From positions 1 through 36,057 of IMG/VR virus record IMGVR_UViG_3300010011_000077: 36,057 nucleotides of DNA. One strand, 5' to 3'. Position 1 is the stretch's first letter, and each line of letters starts with the position of its first letter. Origin of the DNA: a virus (Duplodnaviria; Caudoviricetes). The notes under the pieces were generated by a model that did not search any database, was not told where the DNA came from, and saw only the letters and a program-made list of their open reading frames with translations. Both the position numbers and the translations under genes were made by a program. Below, piece after piece: positions 1 through 7,425 of the stretch.

Positions 1-216
1 ATGATTAATAGTATACAACATTTTGAGAAATTTGGCATTATAAATTTAGAAAATGTGGTAGAAAACTTTTTAAAAAATCCTAAGGATATAGCTTCCTTTG
101 TATGTGGTGTTAAGGATATTGTTATAAAGTTAGGCCTGGATATTATAAAAGAAACCCTTGAAAATTGCGATGAAATTATAAGGTTATCTTTACAAAATAA
201 TACATGTGGGATATAA
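1..216 (+). pseudogene. N-terminal fragment of an ISLre2 (UPF0236)-family transposase, truncated after about codon 61
   Basis: MINSIQHFEKFGI...FLKNPKDIASFV.G...LGLDIIKETLENCD resembles N-termini of clostridial ISLre2 transposases as I recall them. Only 71 aa, and the last ~10 codons run through the promoter of the next gene. Confidence 0.6.
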
Positions 217-217
217 T
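189..217 (+). promoter_or_regulatory. sigmaA-type promoter for the 253..786 gene
   Basis: TTTACA (189-194), 17 bp, TATAAT (212-217); RBS GGAGG at 241-245. Confidence 0.75.
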
Positions 218-252
218 GGGATAAAATATGTAATATAAAGGGAGGATATATT

Positions 253-786
253 ATGAGTGATACAAAAAAATGTAAATATTGTCAAAGTGAAATTGATAAA
301 AAGGTCAAAATATGCCCAGTCTGCAAAAAGAAACAAGGTGGAGGAAAACTCAAATGGATCATAATTGGTGTTGTAGCTGTAATAATTATTGGTGCCATTG
401 CAAGCAGCCAGGGCAATTCAGATAATTCTACCACGACGGCTAAAAATAGCGCCGATGAAAAAAATATTGAATATACTAAATATGACGTATCTGAACTAAT
501 GGACGATCTAGAGACGAACGCCCTGAAAGCTAGCGATAAATATAAAGGCCAATATGTAGAAATAACAGGAAAATTATATAATATAGATAGTAGCGGTAAA
601 TATATAGATCTATGTCCAACAAATGATGATTTTTCGATTACTGGTGTTCAATGCTATATAAAAAATAATGAGCAGAAAGAAAAGATAAAAGAAATGGAAA
701 TTGGACAAACAGTTACTTTGAAAGGCAAAATTACAGATGTTGGCGAGGTTTTAGGATATTTTCTTGATATAACAGAAATTGAATAA
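253..786 (+). CDS. Membrane-anchored protein: N-terminal zinc ribbon, TM helix, Ser/Thr linker, tRNA_anti-like OB-fold (probable moron)
   Basis: CKYC...CPVC; hydrophobic WIIIGVVAVIIIGAIA; C-terminal N..KA..KYKGQYVEITGK...GQTVTLKGKI pattern typical of tRNA_anti-like OB-fold proteins. Confidence 0.75.
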   Translation: MSDTKKCKYCQSEIDKKVKICPVCKKKQGGGKLKWIIIGVVAVIIIGAIASSQGNSDNSTTTAKNSADEKNIEYTKYDVSELMDDLETNALKASDKYKGQYVEITGKLYNIDSSGKYIDLCPTNDDFSITGVQCYIKNNEQKEKIKEMEIGQTVTLKGKITDVGEVLGYFLDITEIE

Positions 787-841
787 ATAATCGTATATTT
801 TTTGAAATAACGTTATAGAATTACTGTTTATTAAGCAAATT

Positions 842-875
842 AAGGCGGGCCCGGCAAAACCAAACCCGCCTTTTT
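842..875. terminator. Intrinsic terminator between convergent moron and endolysin
   Basis: AAGGCGGG...CCCGCCTT stem followed by a T tract on +. Confidence 0.65.
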
Positions 876-879
876 ATTA

Positions 880-1728
880 CTATTTTGTCCGACCGGATGC
901 AAGGGCTTCAATAGTTGCTTTTCCGGCTTTCCGTCCGTCATCCTGCATATGCTGGCCCCATCCGAGCTGGTCCCAGTATACAAGGACAGCAATCCTTGTC
1001 CTGGGATCGTATTTTCCACTTACCTCTAATCTAGGAAACCAATCTGGCAAGACAGCATTAAGTTTCTCCTGCAGCCATTTTATATCTTCCGCCGGAGATT
1101 CGGGAGTTATAGATTTACTCGGTGCAGTTGCTTTTTTACTTAGATTGAAATATTCAGCAATAACTTTAGCTTGTGTCTGGGCCAGCTTCCTTAAATTATC
1201 TTCTTTTAAAAGCCATTCCGTACTTCTCGGATTAGTATGGAAACTGTTTTCCACAATATAAAAAAGAGGACATCCTGCATCATCAGCCCCTCTTAATACG
1301 CCATAATATTCCCAATCACCTTTTTCGGATTTTTTCGTTGCCGTTCTAGGAGCCTGTTTAGTTCCCATTGTTTCGGCTATTGCCTTTGCAAGTTTCATGG
1401 CCAGTTCATCTGCATTATTTTTATTTTTATAAGACCTGTAAACAACCACATAATCCACGGATTCATTTATGCCGGTTCCGACTGCATTACTGTGGTTAGA
1501 TATAAACAGATCACAGCCTTTTGCTTTCTGCCCTCTGCTATATAAAGCCAGGTCCTTAGTTTGGTCTGTTCTTGTGGTTATAACTTCGCAATCTTTATAT
1601 GTAAGCAATTCTTCTTTCAGATGTTCAGTCAATTTCCACATTGCTTCGGATTCATAATAAGCCTTATTACAGGGAGACTGATTATATTTGCCGTAGTGGC
1701 CTGCATCAATAGCAATTTTAAGTGGCAT
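880..1728 (-). CDS. Endolysin, N-acetylmuramoyl-L-alanine amidase (Amidase_3) with C-terminal peptidoglycan-binding-like domain
   Basis: IAIDAGH, E, FISNHSNA, YYGVLR, IVENSFHTN motifs; C-terminal DIKWLQEKLN...G.YDPRT..AV; adjacent to holin. Confidence 0.92.
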   Translation of the reverse strand: MPLKIAIDAGHYGKYNQSPCNKAYYESEAMWKLTEHLKEELLTYKDCEVITTRTDQTKDLALYSRGQKAKGCDLFISNHSNAVGTGINESVDYVVVYRSYKNKNNADELAMKLAKAIAETMGTKQAPRTATKKSEKGDWEYYGVLRGADDAGCPLFYIVENSFHTNPRSTEWLLKEDNLRKLAQTQAKVIAEYFNLSKKATAPSKSITPESPAEDIKWLQEKLNAVLPDWFPRLEVSGKYDPRTRIAVLVYWDQLGWGQHMQDDGRKAGKATIEALASGRTK

Positions 1729-2177
1729 TATTTATCACCGCCCAGTTTAGCCTTATCTTCCACCTGCTTCTTGACGTTTTCAACCAGTGGCAGAAGAAAT
1801 GGCGGCAACTTAACGCCGATATCCTTAACATTTTCAAGGATAGAGATCATCTCGTTACAAACAATCCATATTGCCACCACGCAGGCAATTAAAAAAGTAA
1901 ACGGCAGCTTAATTCCAACCGTATTACCGGCATATAATATAAGCTGGTCTACTAACGCCCCTACAACAACTAATAGCCACATGCATATTTTCTTTGCAAT
2001 CCCACGGAATGACTTATAACTATTGATAGGCTCATTTCTGTATCGGCTGGCAACAAGTCCTGTTATGTAGTCAATAACATTACAGGTCACCATTATTAAT
2101 ACAGGGATGGCCAATACCCCAATTAAAGAGGTAAGAGCAGAAAATATTGTTGTGAATACTGCTTTAAATCTGTTCAT
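1728..2177 (-). CDS. Phage holin (holin_4_1-like family)
   Basis: Three hydrophobic segments; DYITG, GIAKK and NEMISILEN...GVKLP motifs; stop overlaps the lysin start. Confidence 0.9.
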   Translation of the reverse strand: MNRFKAVFTTIFSALTSLIGVLAIPVLIMVTCNVIDYITGLVASRYRNEPINSYKSFRGIAKKICMWLLVVVGALVDQLILYAGNTVGIKLPFTFLIACVVAIWIVCNEMISILENVKDIGVKLPPFLLPLVENVKKQVEDKAKLGGDK

Positions 2178-2203
2178 GTTTTATCCTCGCTTTCTTATAA
2201 ATT

Positions 2204-2223
2204 AAAAAGAGCCTTACGGCTCT
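2204..2223 (-). terminator. Intrinsic terminator upstream of the lysis cassette
   Basis: Minus strand AGAGCC-GTAA-GGCTCT then TTTT; the GNRA loop contains the upstream stop codon. Confidence 0.6.
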
Positions 2224-2771
2224 GCAGGTTCGCTATCAGTATTATCTTCCGGTTCTTCTGCTTCCTCTGTCGGTTCATCCTCGGGTGTTTCTTCAGGTTC
2301 ATCTGTCGTCTCGTCAGCTGGCTCTTCCGGTGTTCCTTCCGGCTCGTCATCTTCCGGTTCTTCTGGTTCGGGTTCTTCTTCCTGCTCCTCTGCCGGTATT
2401 TCTACAGGAGACTCTTTTGCGGTCTTAAGCTCATCTATAGTCTGCTGCATCTGCTCTACTTTGGCCTGCAGTTCCTGGACTATTCTTTCTGTGGCATCTG
2501 TGCCAAATTCGGCGGTATATGTGCCGTTATCAAAATCTCTTGTCAAAGTTTTAAGTGACACGCAATCCTGATATACTGCAATCACAGTGCCATTTTCGAG
2601 GCTGTATTTGATTTCGCTGATATTATCCTTATTAGACAGGATAGCCAGCACATCATTATAGTCCATATCTGTTTTAATGGTTATGCGCCGGCGCTTAGTC
2701 ATCTCATTGCTTACAATGCCAAGCGGCACAACATCAAATTCATGTCCGTTTTTAAGAAGTAATTTCTCCAT
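2214..2771 (-). CDS. Hypothetical late protein with coiled coil and very acidic E/D/P-rich C-terminal tail
   Basis: RBS AAGGAG; last ~60 aa are EEPEPEEPEDDEPEGTPEEPADE-type low complexity. Confidence 0.8.
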   Translation of the reverse strand: MEKLLLKNGHEFDVVPLGIVSNEMTKRRRITIKTDMDYNDVLAILSNKDNISEIKYSLENGTVIAVYQDCVSLKTLTRDFDNGTYTAEFGTDATERIVQELQAKVEQMQQTIDELKTAKESPVEIPAEEQEEEPEPEEPEDDEPEGTPEEPADETTDEPEETPEDEPTEEAEEPEDNTDSEPAEP

Positions 2772-2839
2772 GGAACATCTCCTTTCTGAGCATAAAAAAT
2801 AGATCCGATAAGGTCCTGTTTACTTCGCTAAATAATAAT

Positions 2840-3388
2840 TTAGACGGCTATATAAGTAACGCTTACAAGTGCATAATTAGCGGTGCTACCAGTATAATTC
2901 CGTATTACAAAAACACCGCCTGCATCTACTACGCAGTATCCTATGTCTGTGTACCCGAATGCCGGATTATCAATAGGATTATTATGCAGCATACATGGAA
3001 CTCTAACTGGAATAAGTGGTCTATACCCAATAGGTAATGTAAAGCTCGGAGGTTCCTCAGCAGAGAATTTATCATTAGTCACGACTCGTATTGTTAATGT
3101 TATTAAATTTCCGTATTTCATGGCCTGAGCATATTGCAGCGTATGCTTAGGATTACTAATAGTCAAAACTGTTGTTAAGTCAACAGTTTGCACAGTTAAC
3201 TTATTATTTAGCTCATTTACTGCCGACACCAAACTGGATTTATTTAATGTATTTAGTTGCACTAAATCACCAATGGCTTTATCGTTATCGTCAATACCTT
3301 TATCCATCTTGTTAAGATTTTCGGCACTTATCGGCGTTGCCACATTAGGTTTATTCTGCCAATTTATTCTATTATACCTGTATGCCAT
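2840..3388 (-). CDS. Putative tail fibre / receptor-binding protein
   Basis: N-terminal W.N.P...TPISAENLNKMD.GI virion-anchor-like motif; C-terminal beta domain with FTLPIGYRP typical of fibre tips; located at the end of the tail module. Confidence 0.7.
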   Translation of the reverse strand: MAYRYNRINWQNKPNVATPISAENLNKMDKGIDDNDKAIGDLVQLNTLNKSSLVSAVNELNNKLTVQTVDLTTVLTISNPKHTLQYAQAMKYGNLITLTIRVVTNDKFSAEEPPSFTLPIGYRPLIPVRVPCMLHNNPIDNPAFGYTDIGYCVVDAGGVFVIRNYTGSTANYALVSVTYIAV

Positions 3389-3593
3389 CTTTCTTCTCTC
3401 CTTCCTCTAATGCTTTCTTTTCAATTTCAATCATATATGCGTTCTGCCGCTGTACCTGCCCCACAAATTCATTTAATATCATTAATGTAATTCCAGGCGG
3501 TAGCTGTGCTTTATTGATTGCTGCAGCAATATCTTCTTTGGCTTCCTGGATGCGCAGGTTTATTCCCTTTTCAGATTGCTTAATTTCTGGCAT
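3372..3593 (-). CDS. Small helical hypothetical tail-region protein (73 aa; start refined from ORF 3372..3737)
   Basis: AAGGAG RBS just before the ATG at 3593; the longer ORF would run through a terminator and overlap the upstream gene. Confidence 0.7.
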   Translation of the reverse strand: MPEIKQSEKGINLRIQEAKEDIAAAINKAQLPPGITLMILNEFVGQVQRQNAYMIEIEKKALEEGEKKDGIQV

Positions 3594-3612
3594 TAAATCA
3601 CTCCTTTTATAC

Positions 3613-3641
3613 ATAAAAAGAGCAGCCTGTTTTGGCTGCCC
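3613..3641 (-). terminator. Terminator of the Ig-domain moron
   Basis: Minus strand GGGCAGCC-AAAACA-GGCTGCTC then TTTTT. Confidence 0.75.
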
Positions 3642-3661
3642 TGTATAAAACAGTATAGGGG

Positions 3662-4612
3662 TTATTCTGTAGGTTCTGTTACGCTTATATCGCACCTCAA
3701 GACAATCACTTGCCTGTCCGGCGTTGTAATTGTGCATGTGACATAAGCCTGCCCGGGTCCGACTGCTGTTACCTTGCCGTTTGACGAATTAACTATAACC
3801 ACAGACCTGTCGGAGCTTACCCAGCGATATTTTGACTTGGCAATCTTATTTTCCAGATTGATGTCAAATTTATCTCCCACTTCAAGGTCAAGCACTGTTT
3901 CGGTCAGTGTTGGGGCGTTTTCATCATATCCAACATTGACAATAGACTGTAAGGTTTGTACTGTGCCATCCGGTAGGGTGATTTCACAGGTGATTATCGC
4001 TCTGCCCTCTTTCTTAGCCTTTATAAGTCCGTTTTTGGGGTTGACCTCGACTATATCAGTATCAGAGCTGCTCCACAAATATGTGCTGCCGGATACTTTA
4101 TTGTCAAGGTTGATGTCATATTCGGTTAATGTGCTTAACGTAACCGTGGTGGCTGTTAAGGATGGCGGAGTAGGCTCGTCAATTTCTTCGGGTTCAGGAT
4201 CTGGCATTTTCCCTTTTGATGCTTCGCTATCCTCAGGCCATACATAAAAATTTAATACCCCGCTAATAGTTTCATATTTGCTATCATCAGGGGTAAACAC
4301 CCACTGTAAATCAAAGTATCCGGGTACTATTTTATCGATATTGGTGTAAGTTACTTTGCCACTTACAGTTTTACCATCGGCTCCTATAAACTCAAGTTTC
4401 GGCAATGATATGTCAATTTTAGGCAGTTCCATAGTTAATTGAGGTTTTGGCTCTATTCTATCAAATAAGCAAAACACTTTTATTTTTCCATCTTCCGTAT
4501 AACTGTCAGGAGACAAAACCATTTCTCCGTTTTCATATATCCATTTCGCGTCAACAGTTATGCTCGGCAAGATTGTCATAGCAATTAGCAAAATAGCAAT
4601 TATTTTCCTCAT
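3662..4612 (-). CDS. Secreted protein with signal peptide and two tandem Big_2 (Ig-like) domains (moron)
   Basis: MRKIIAILLIAMTILPSITVDA signal peptide; two repeats W.SSD..(I/V)V.VN..NG...A...G.A.(I/V)TC.IT.PD; AGGAGG RBS before the ATG at 4612. Confidence 0.85.
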   Translation of the reverse strand: MRKIIAILLIAMTILPSITVDAKWIYENGEMVLSPDSYTEDGKIKVFCLFDRIEPKPQLTMELPKIDISLPKLEFIGADGKTVSGKVTYTNIDKIVPGYFDLQWVFTPDDSKYETISGVLNFYVWPEDSEASKGKMPDPEPEEIDEPTPPSLTATTVTLSTLTEYDINLDNKVSGSTYLWSSSDTDIVEVNPKNGLIKAKKEGRAIITCEITLPDGTVQTLQSIVNVGYDENAPTLTETVLDLEVGDKFDINLENKIAKSKYRWVSSDRSVVIVNSSNGKVTAVGPGQAYVTCTITTPDRQVIVLRCDISVTEPTE

Positions 4613-4631
4613 ACATACACCTCCTAAGTGC

Positions 4632-4660
4632 ACCATATCACAAATTGCTATTTACTTCAA
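4632..4660 (-). promoter_or_regulatory. Putative sigmaA promoter of the Ig-domain moron
   Basis: Minus strand TTGAAG, 17 bp, TATGGT with extended TG; the -35 overlaps the stop codon of the tail gene. Confidence 0.55.
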
Positions 4661-7032
4661 CGTTTTTCCAATAATTTTAATAAAGTTTTAAGATTCTCGA
4701 TTTCGGTTTTTTGCTTCTTTAATATATCAATTATCCATGCAATAAAGTTCTTATCGTTTAGACGGTGTGTAGTATCGTTTACATAATATCCATCATCGGT
4801 ATACTTTCTTACATCTACAACCTCTATCAGGTCATAATCATAAGGATTCAATCCGTGTTCTTCGAATGCACTTTCAACTTGCTGAGCGATTAGTCCGAAT
4901 CGAATCTCATCGCCATAGTTAGTCTCTGGTTTAAATCTAAACTGATATGGTTTCAATGAATAGAATAATTCATCTGGCAAATCCAGTGGTTTCATGTCAT
5001 ATTTCAGTCGGACATCAGACGGTGTTTTTGGCTGGAAATTAGCCTGCACCCAATTAACACCAGCAGCATTATCAAATCCTTTAAAATCTAAATTTCCATA
5101 ACCTGTATCTACAGCTGTTATTTGATTTGTATATTGAGGAATTGATATATAATTACTATAATTTAATGATGTTAAAAAACTATAACTAGCCCCTGTATCC
5201 CATATAATACCTGTTATTCCTGAAGGAGTAATAAAAACTTGTCGCCCACCACCAGACATTGATATGGTATCAACTGTTAATGTTTTACTATCAATTGTAT
5301 TGGCATAAATATATGAAGCATCTATAAATCCATTGGTAATACTTACGGTACCATAATCTCCTATAGTTGTTATTGATGATCCACTAATCGTTACACCTGT
5401 AATAGTACCACCGTTAATTGTTGCACCACTTATATTAGTACCAGTTATTGTACTACCATTAATAACTCCGCTAAACTTACCATTGACAGCTTCTATGCTG
5501 CCGTCAGGCAACACCTTAAAATTACCATTGGCGGTAACAAGGCCCTCAAGCTGTATATTGTCAGCCTTAATTTTAATGTTTGTTCCCTGAGACGGGTCCG
5601 CATCCAACTCCACAGCAGCAACATTGCCGTTGGCATCTACTTTTAAGACAACTTTTCCAGCCATTACATCAAGACGGCCGCTTAATTCCGTTTCTGCATT
5701 TATGGCCCGGGTAGCTTCAGCGGATATGGCTTGGTCGGTCTGTTCAAAGCGGGTGTTCGTTCTCTTTTCCAGGTTTTCTACCTCTACCCTGACGCCCTCG
5801 ATATCTTTCTTTATCCGAGTAGTTCGTCCTTTAAGCTGGATTATCTCGTTGTTTACACCGAAATTCTGCTCCCGCTGCTCTGCTCCTTCTGCCTTTAACT
5901 CATCCATTAACGCCTGTATGCCCGTCAAAGTACGCTGCAGTACATACCCAACTACAGGATCGCCATAATTATTAATCTGTACTGTATCCCCCGGCTCAAT
6001 GTATGGTAAGCCAATACATTTAGCCTCGTAAGGCCTATATGGCCGCTTAGCCATATTGCCATAAGCATTGCGGGCAATCTGTTCCAGCTCTCCTGCGGTC
6101 TTGCCAAACACCAGAAAATTGCCCTGGATTATATAAGCATTGCTACCGGTGCCGACAATAGCGCCGATATCGTCCTCCTCAGACCGGATAATCAGCTTGT
6201 CAATTTCTTTAACCGTGTACTCCTCAAAGCGCACTTCCTGATGCCTGGGGATGGTTTCATCAATCAAGGTGTCGTTAATATATGAGATATCATCCTCAGC
6301 CACTGGGTACAAGTCCTCTGCCGGATATAAATCTTCTGTAGGATATAATCCATATGCCGGCTCAAGGATTTTATGATAAAACCTTCCATGCCGGTTAATC
6401 TGGCCAAATGCGCCCTGCAGCTCCACACAACACCTTAATACTTCCCTTGCGCTCAGCTGGCCGGCATCAACAGTCTTTTCTACAATCATGCTGTCATTCG
6501 GTAAGGCCTCTGATTCAAATTCAATCCCCAGGTACGCTAATAACGACTCACGGAATTGCTTGAGAGTGTATGTTTCGTTGCCGGTTGGAAATAGGCTATT
6601 GTACCATTCGGACACGTCTTTGTCAGTGTCTTTAAATATGTTATAAGCAGTGATATCCTTGAAACGCAGATTATCCTGCTTAATGCAACTGTCGACCTTA
6701 TACACTCCCAGCGGTACCGGGTCAAAACCCTCTATAACCTGGTTAATCGTAAACCACTGGCCGGTTAAGTCATCGACAACGTCTGCAACCGTAAGCTTAA
6801 TCTTAGCAGCCACACAGGAGCCAAAAACGAGGTCAGATTCACTGCAAAGGCTTTCTACCAGGCTAAATTTATCATCAACTATCTGGTCTGTTTCTATGGT
6901 CAAGTCCAGCGTTGGGAAATATATAATCAAGTTCTTAGGTGTAACCTCATTTGCTATGGGGAATATATCGTTTAGGTATATCTCTCTTAATTCTGCAGGT
7001 ATGTTAATCATCGGCTTCGCCCCCATAGTCAA
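4657..7032 (-). CDS. Tail spike / Tal-like protein with coiled coil, beta-helix-like repeats and C-terminal intramolecular chaperone (Peptidase_S74-like)
   Basis: Follows Dit-like gene; LYP.EDLYP repeats; I.G.TI.G repeats; SDVRLKYD...LKPYQF...GLIAQQVE plus terminal coiled coil. True start probably MINIP a few codons in. Confidence 0.85.
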   Translation of the reverse strand: MTMGAKPMINIPAELREIYLNDIFPIANEVTPKNLIIYFPTLDLTIETDQIVDDKFSLVESLCSESDLVFGSCVAAKIKLTVADVVDDLTGQWFTINQVIEGFDPVPLGVYKVDSCIKQDNLRFKDITAYNIFKDTDKDVSEWYNSLFPTGNETYTLKQFRESLLAYLGIEFESEALPNDSMIVEKTVDAGQLSAREVLRCCVELQGAFGQINRHGRFYHKILEPAYGLYPTEDLYPAEDLYPVAEDDISYINDTLIDETIPRHQEVRFEEYTVKEIDKLIIRSEEDDIGAIVGTGSNAYIIQGNFLVFGKTAGELEQIARNAYGNMAKRPYRPYEAKCIGLPYIEPGDTVQINNYGDPVVGYVLQRTLTGIQALMDELKAEGAEQREQNFGVNNEIIQLKGRTTRIKKDIEGVRVEVENLEKRTNTRFEQTDQAISAEATRAINAETELSGRLDVMAGKVVLKVDANGNVAAVELDADPSQGTNIKIKADNIQLEGLVTANGNFKVLPDGSIEAVNGKFSGVINGSTITGTNISGATINGGTITGVTISGSSITTIGDYGTVSITNGFIDASYIYANTIDSKTLTVDTISMSGGGRQVFITPSGITGIIWDTGASYSFLTSLNYSNYISIPQYTNQITAVDTGYGNLDFKGFDNAAGVNWVQANFQPKTPSDVRLKYDMKPLDLPDELFYSLKPYQFRFKPETNYGDEIRFGLIAQQVESAFEEHGLNPYDYDLIEVVDVRKYTDDGYYVNDTTHRLNDKNFIAWIIDILKKQKTEIENLKTLLKLLEKR

Positions 7033-7414
7033 TTAATTCAAATTCGACTGCATTGTAATAAAAATTACCGTCTTTATCTATATGCTTGACCGTGTATTCC
7101 ACGTCCGGAACATAGGCAGTGATAGTCTGATATGCATTTCTCTCATCGTTCCAGACTTCGCATGTCACCTTATCCCGGTTTGGAAAAAATGCCTGTACGA
7201 TTAATTTTTGCCCATAAGTCAGTCCATCTATTGTCTTAATCTTTACTGTGGTCCGCTTGGCTGGCAAAATATTGCGGTGGGTAACTCCCCGGCCGTCTGT
7301 ATATGAGTTCTTATCTTGCCGACGATCAGGAATATTGCTATATCCCCCCGGCGCAAGGAGGGAATTGGGAAATATATTGCCGTTTACTTTTAATACATAT
7401 CCATTACCAGTCAC
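7004..7414 (-). CDS. Putative distal tail (Dit-like) protein
   Basis: Small beta-rich protein directly after the tape measure gene; ends VEFELIDY. Confidence 0.7.
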   Translation of the reverse strand: MTGNGYVLKVNGNIFPNSLLAPGGYSNIPDRRQDKNSYTDGRGVTHRNILPAKRTTVKIKTIDGLTYGQKLIVQAFFPNRDKVTCEVWNDERNAYQTITAYVPDVEYTVKHIDKDGNFYYNAVEFELIDYGGEADD

Positions 7415-7425
7415 ATTATCCCTCC

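Noticed and set aside
787-842. att site in the AT-rich gap containing the ATAACGTTAT palindrome
   Set aside because: Serine integrase att sites cannot be assigned without the other junction, which lies outside the window.
3594-3737. N-terminal extension of ORF 3372..3737
   Set aside because: It overlaps the Ig gene and crosses a terminator; a strong RBS supports the ATG at 3593.
2840-7032. Diversity-generating retroelement or invertible shufflon acting on tail fibres
   Set aside because: No reverse transcriptase or invertase gene, and I found no template/variable repeat pair or inverted crossover sites by eye.
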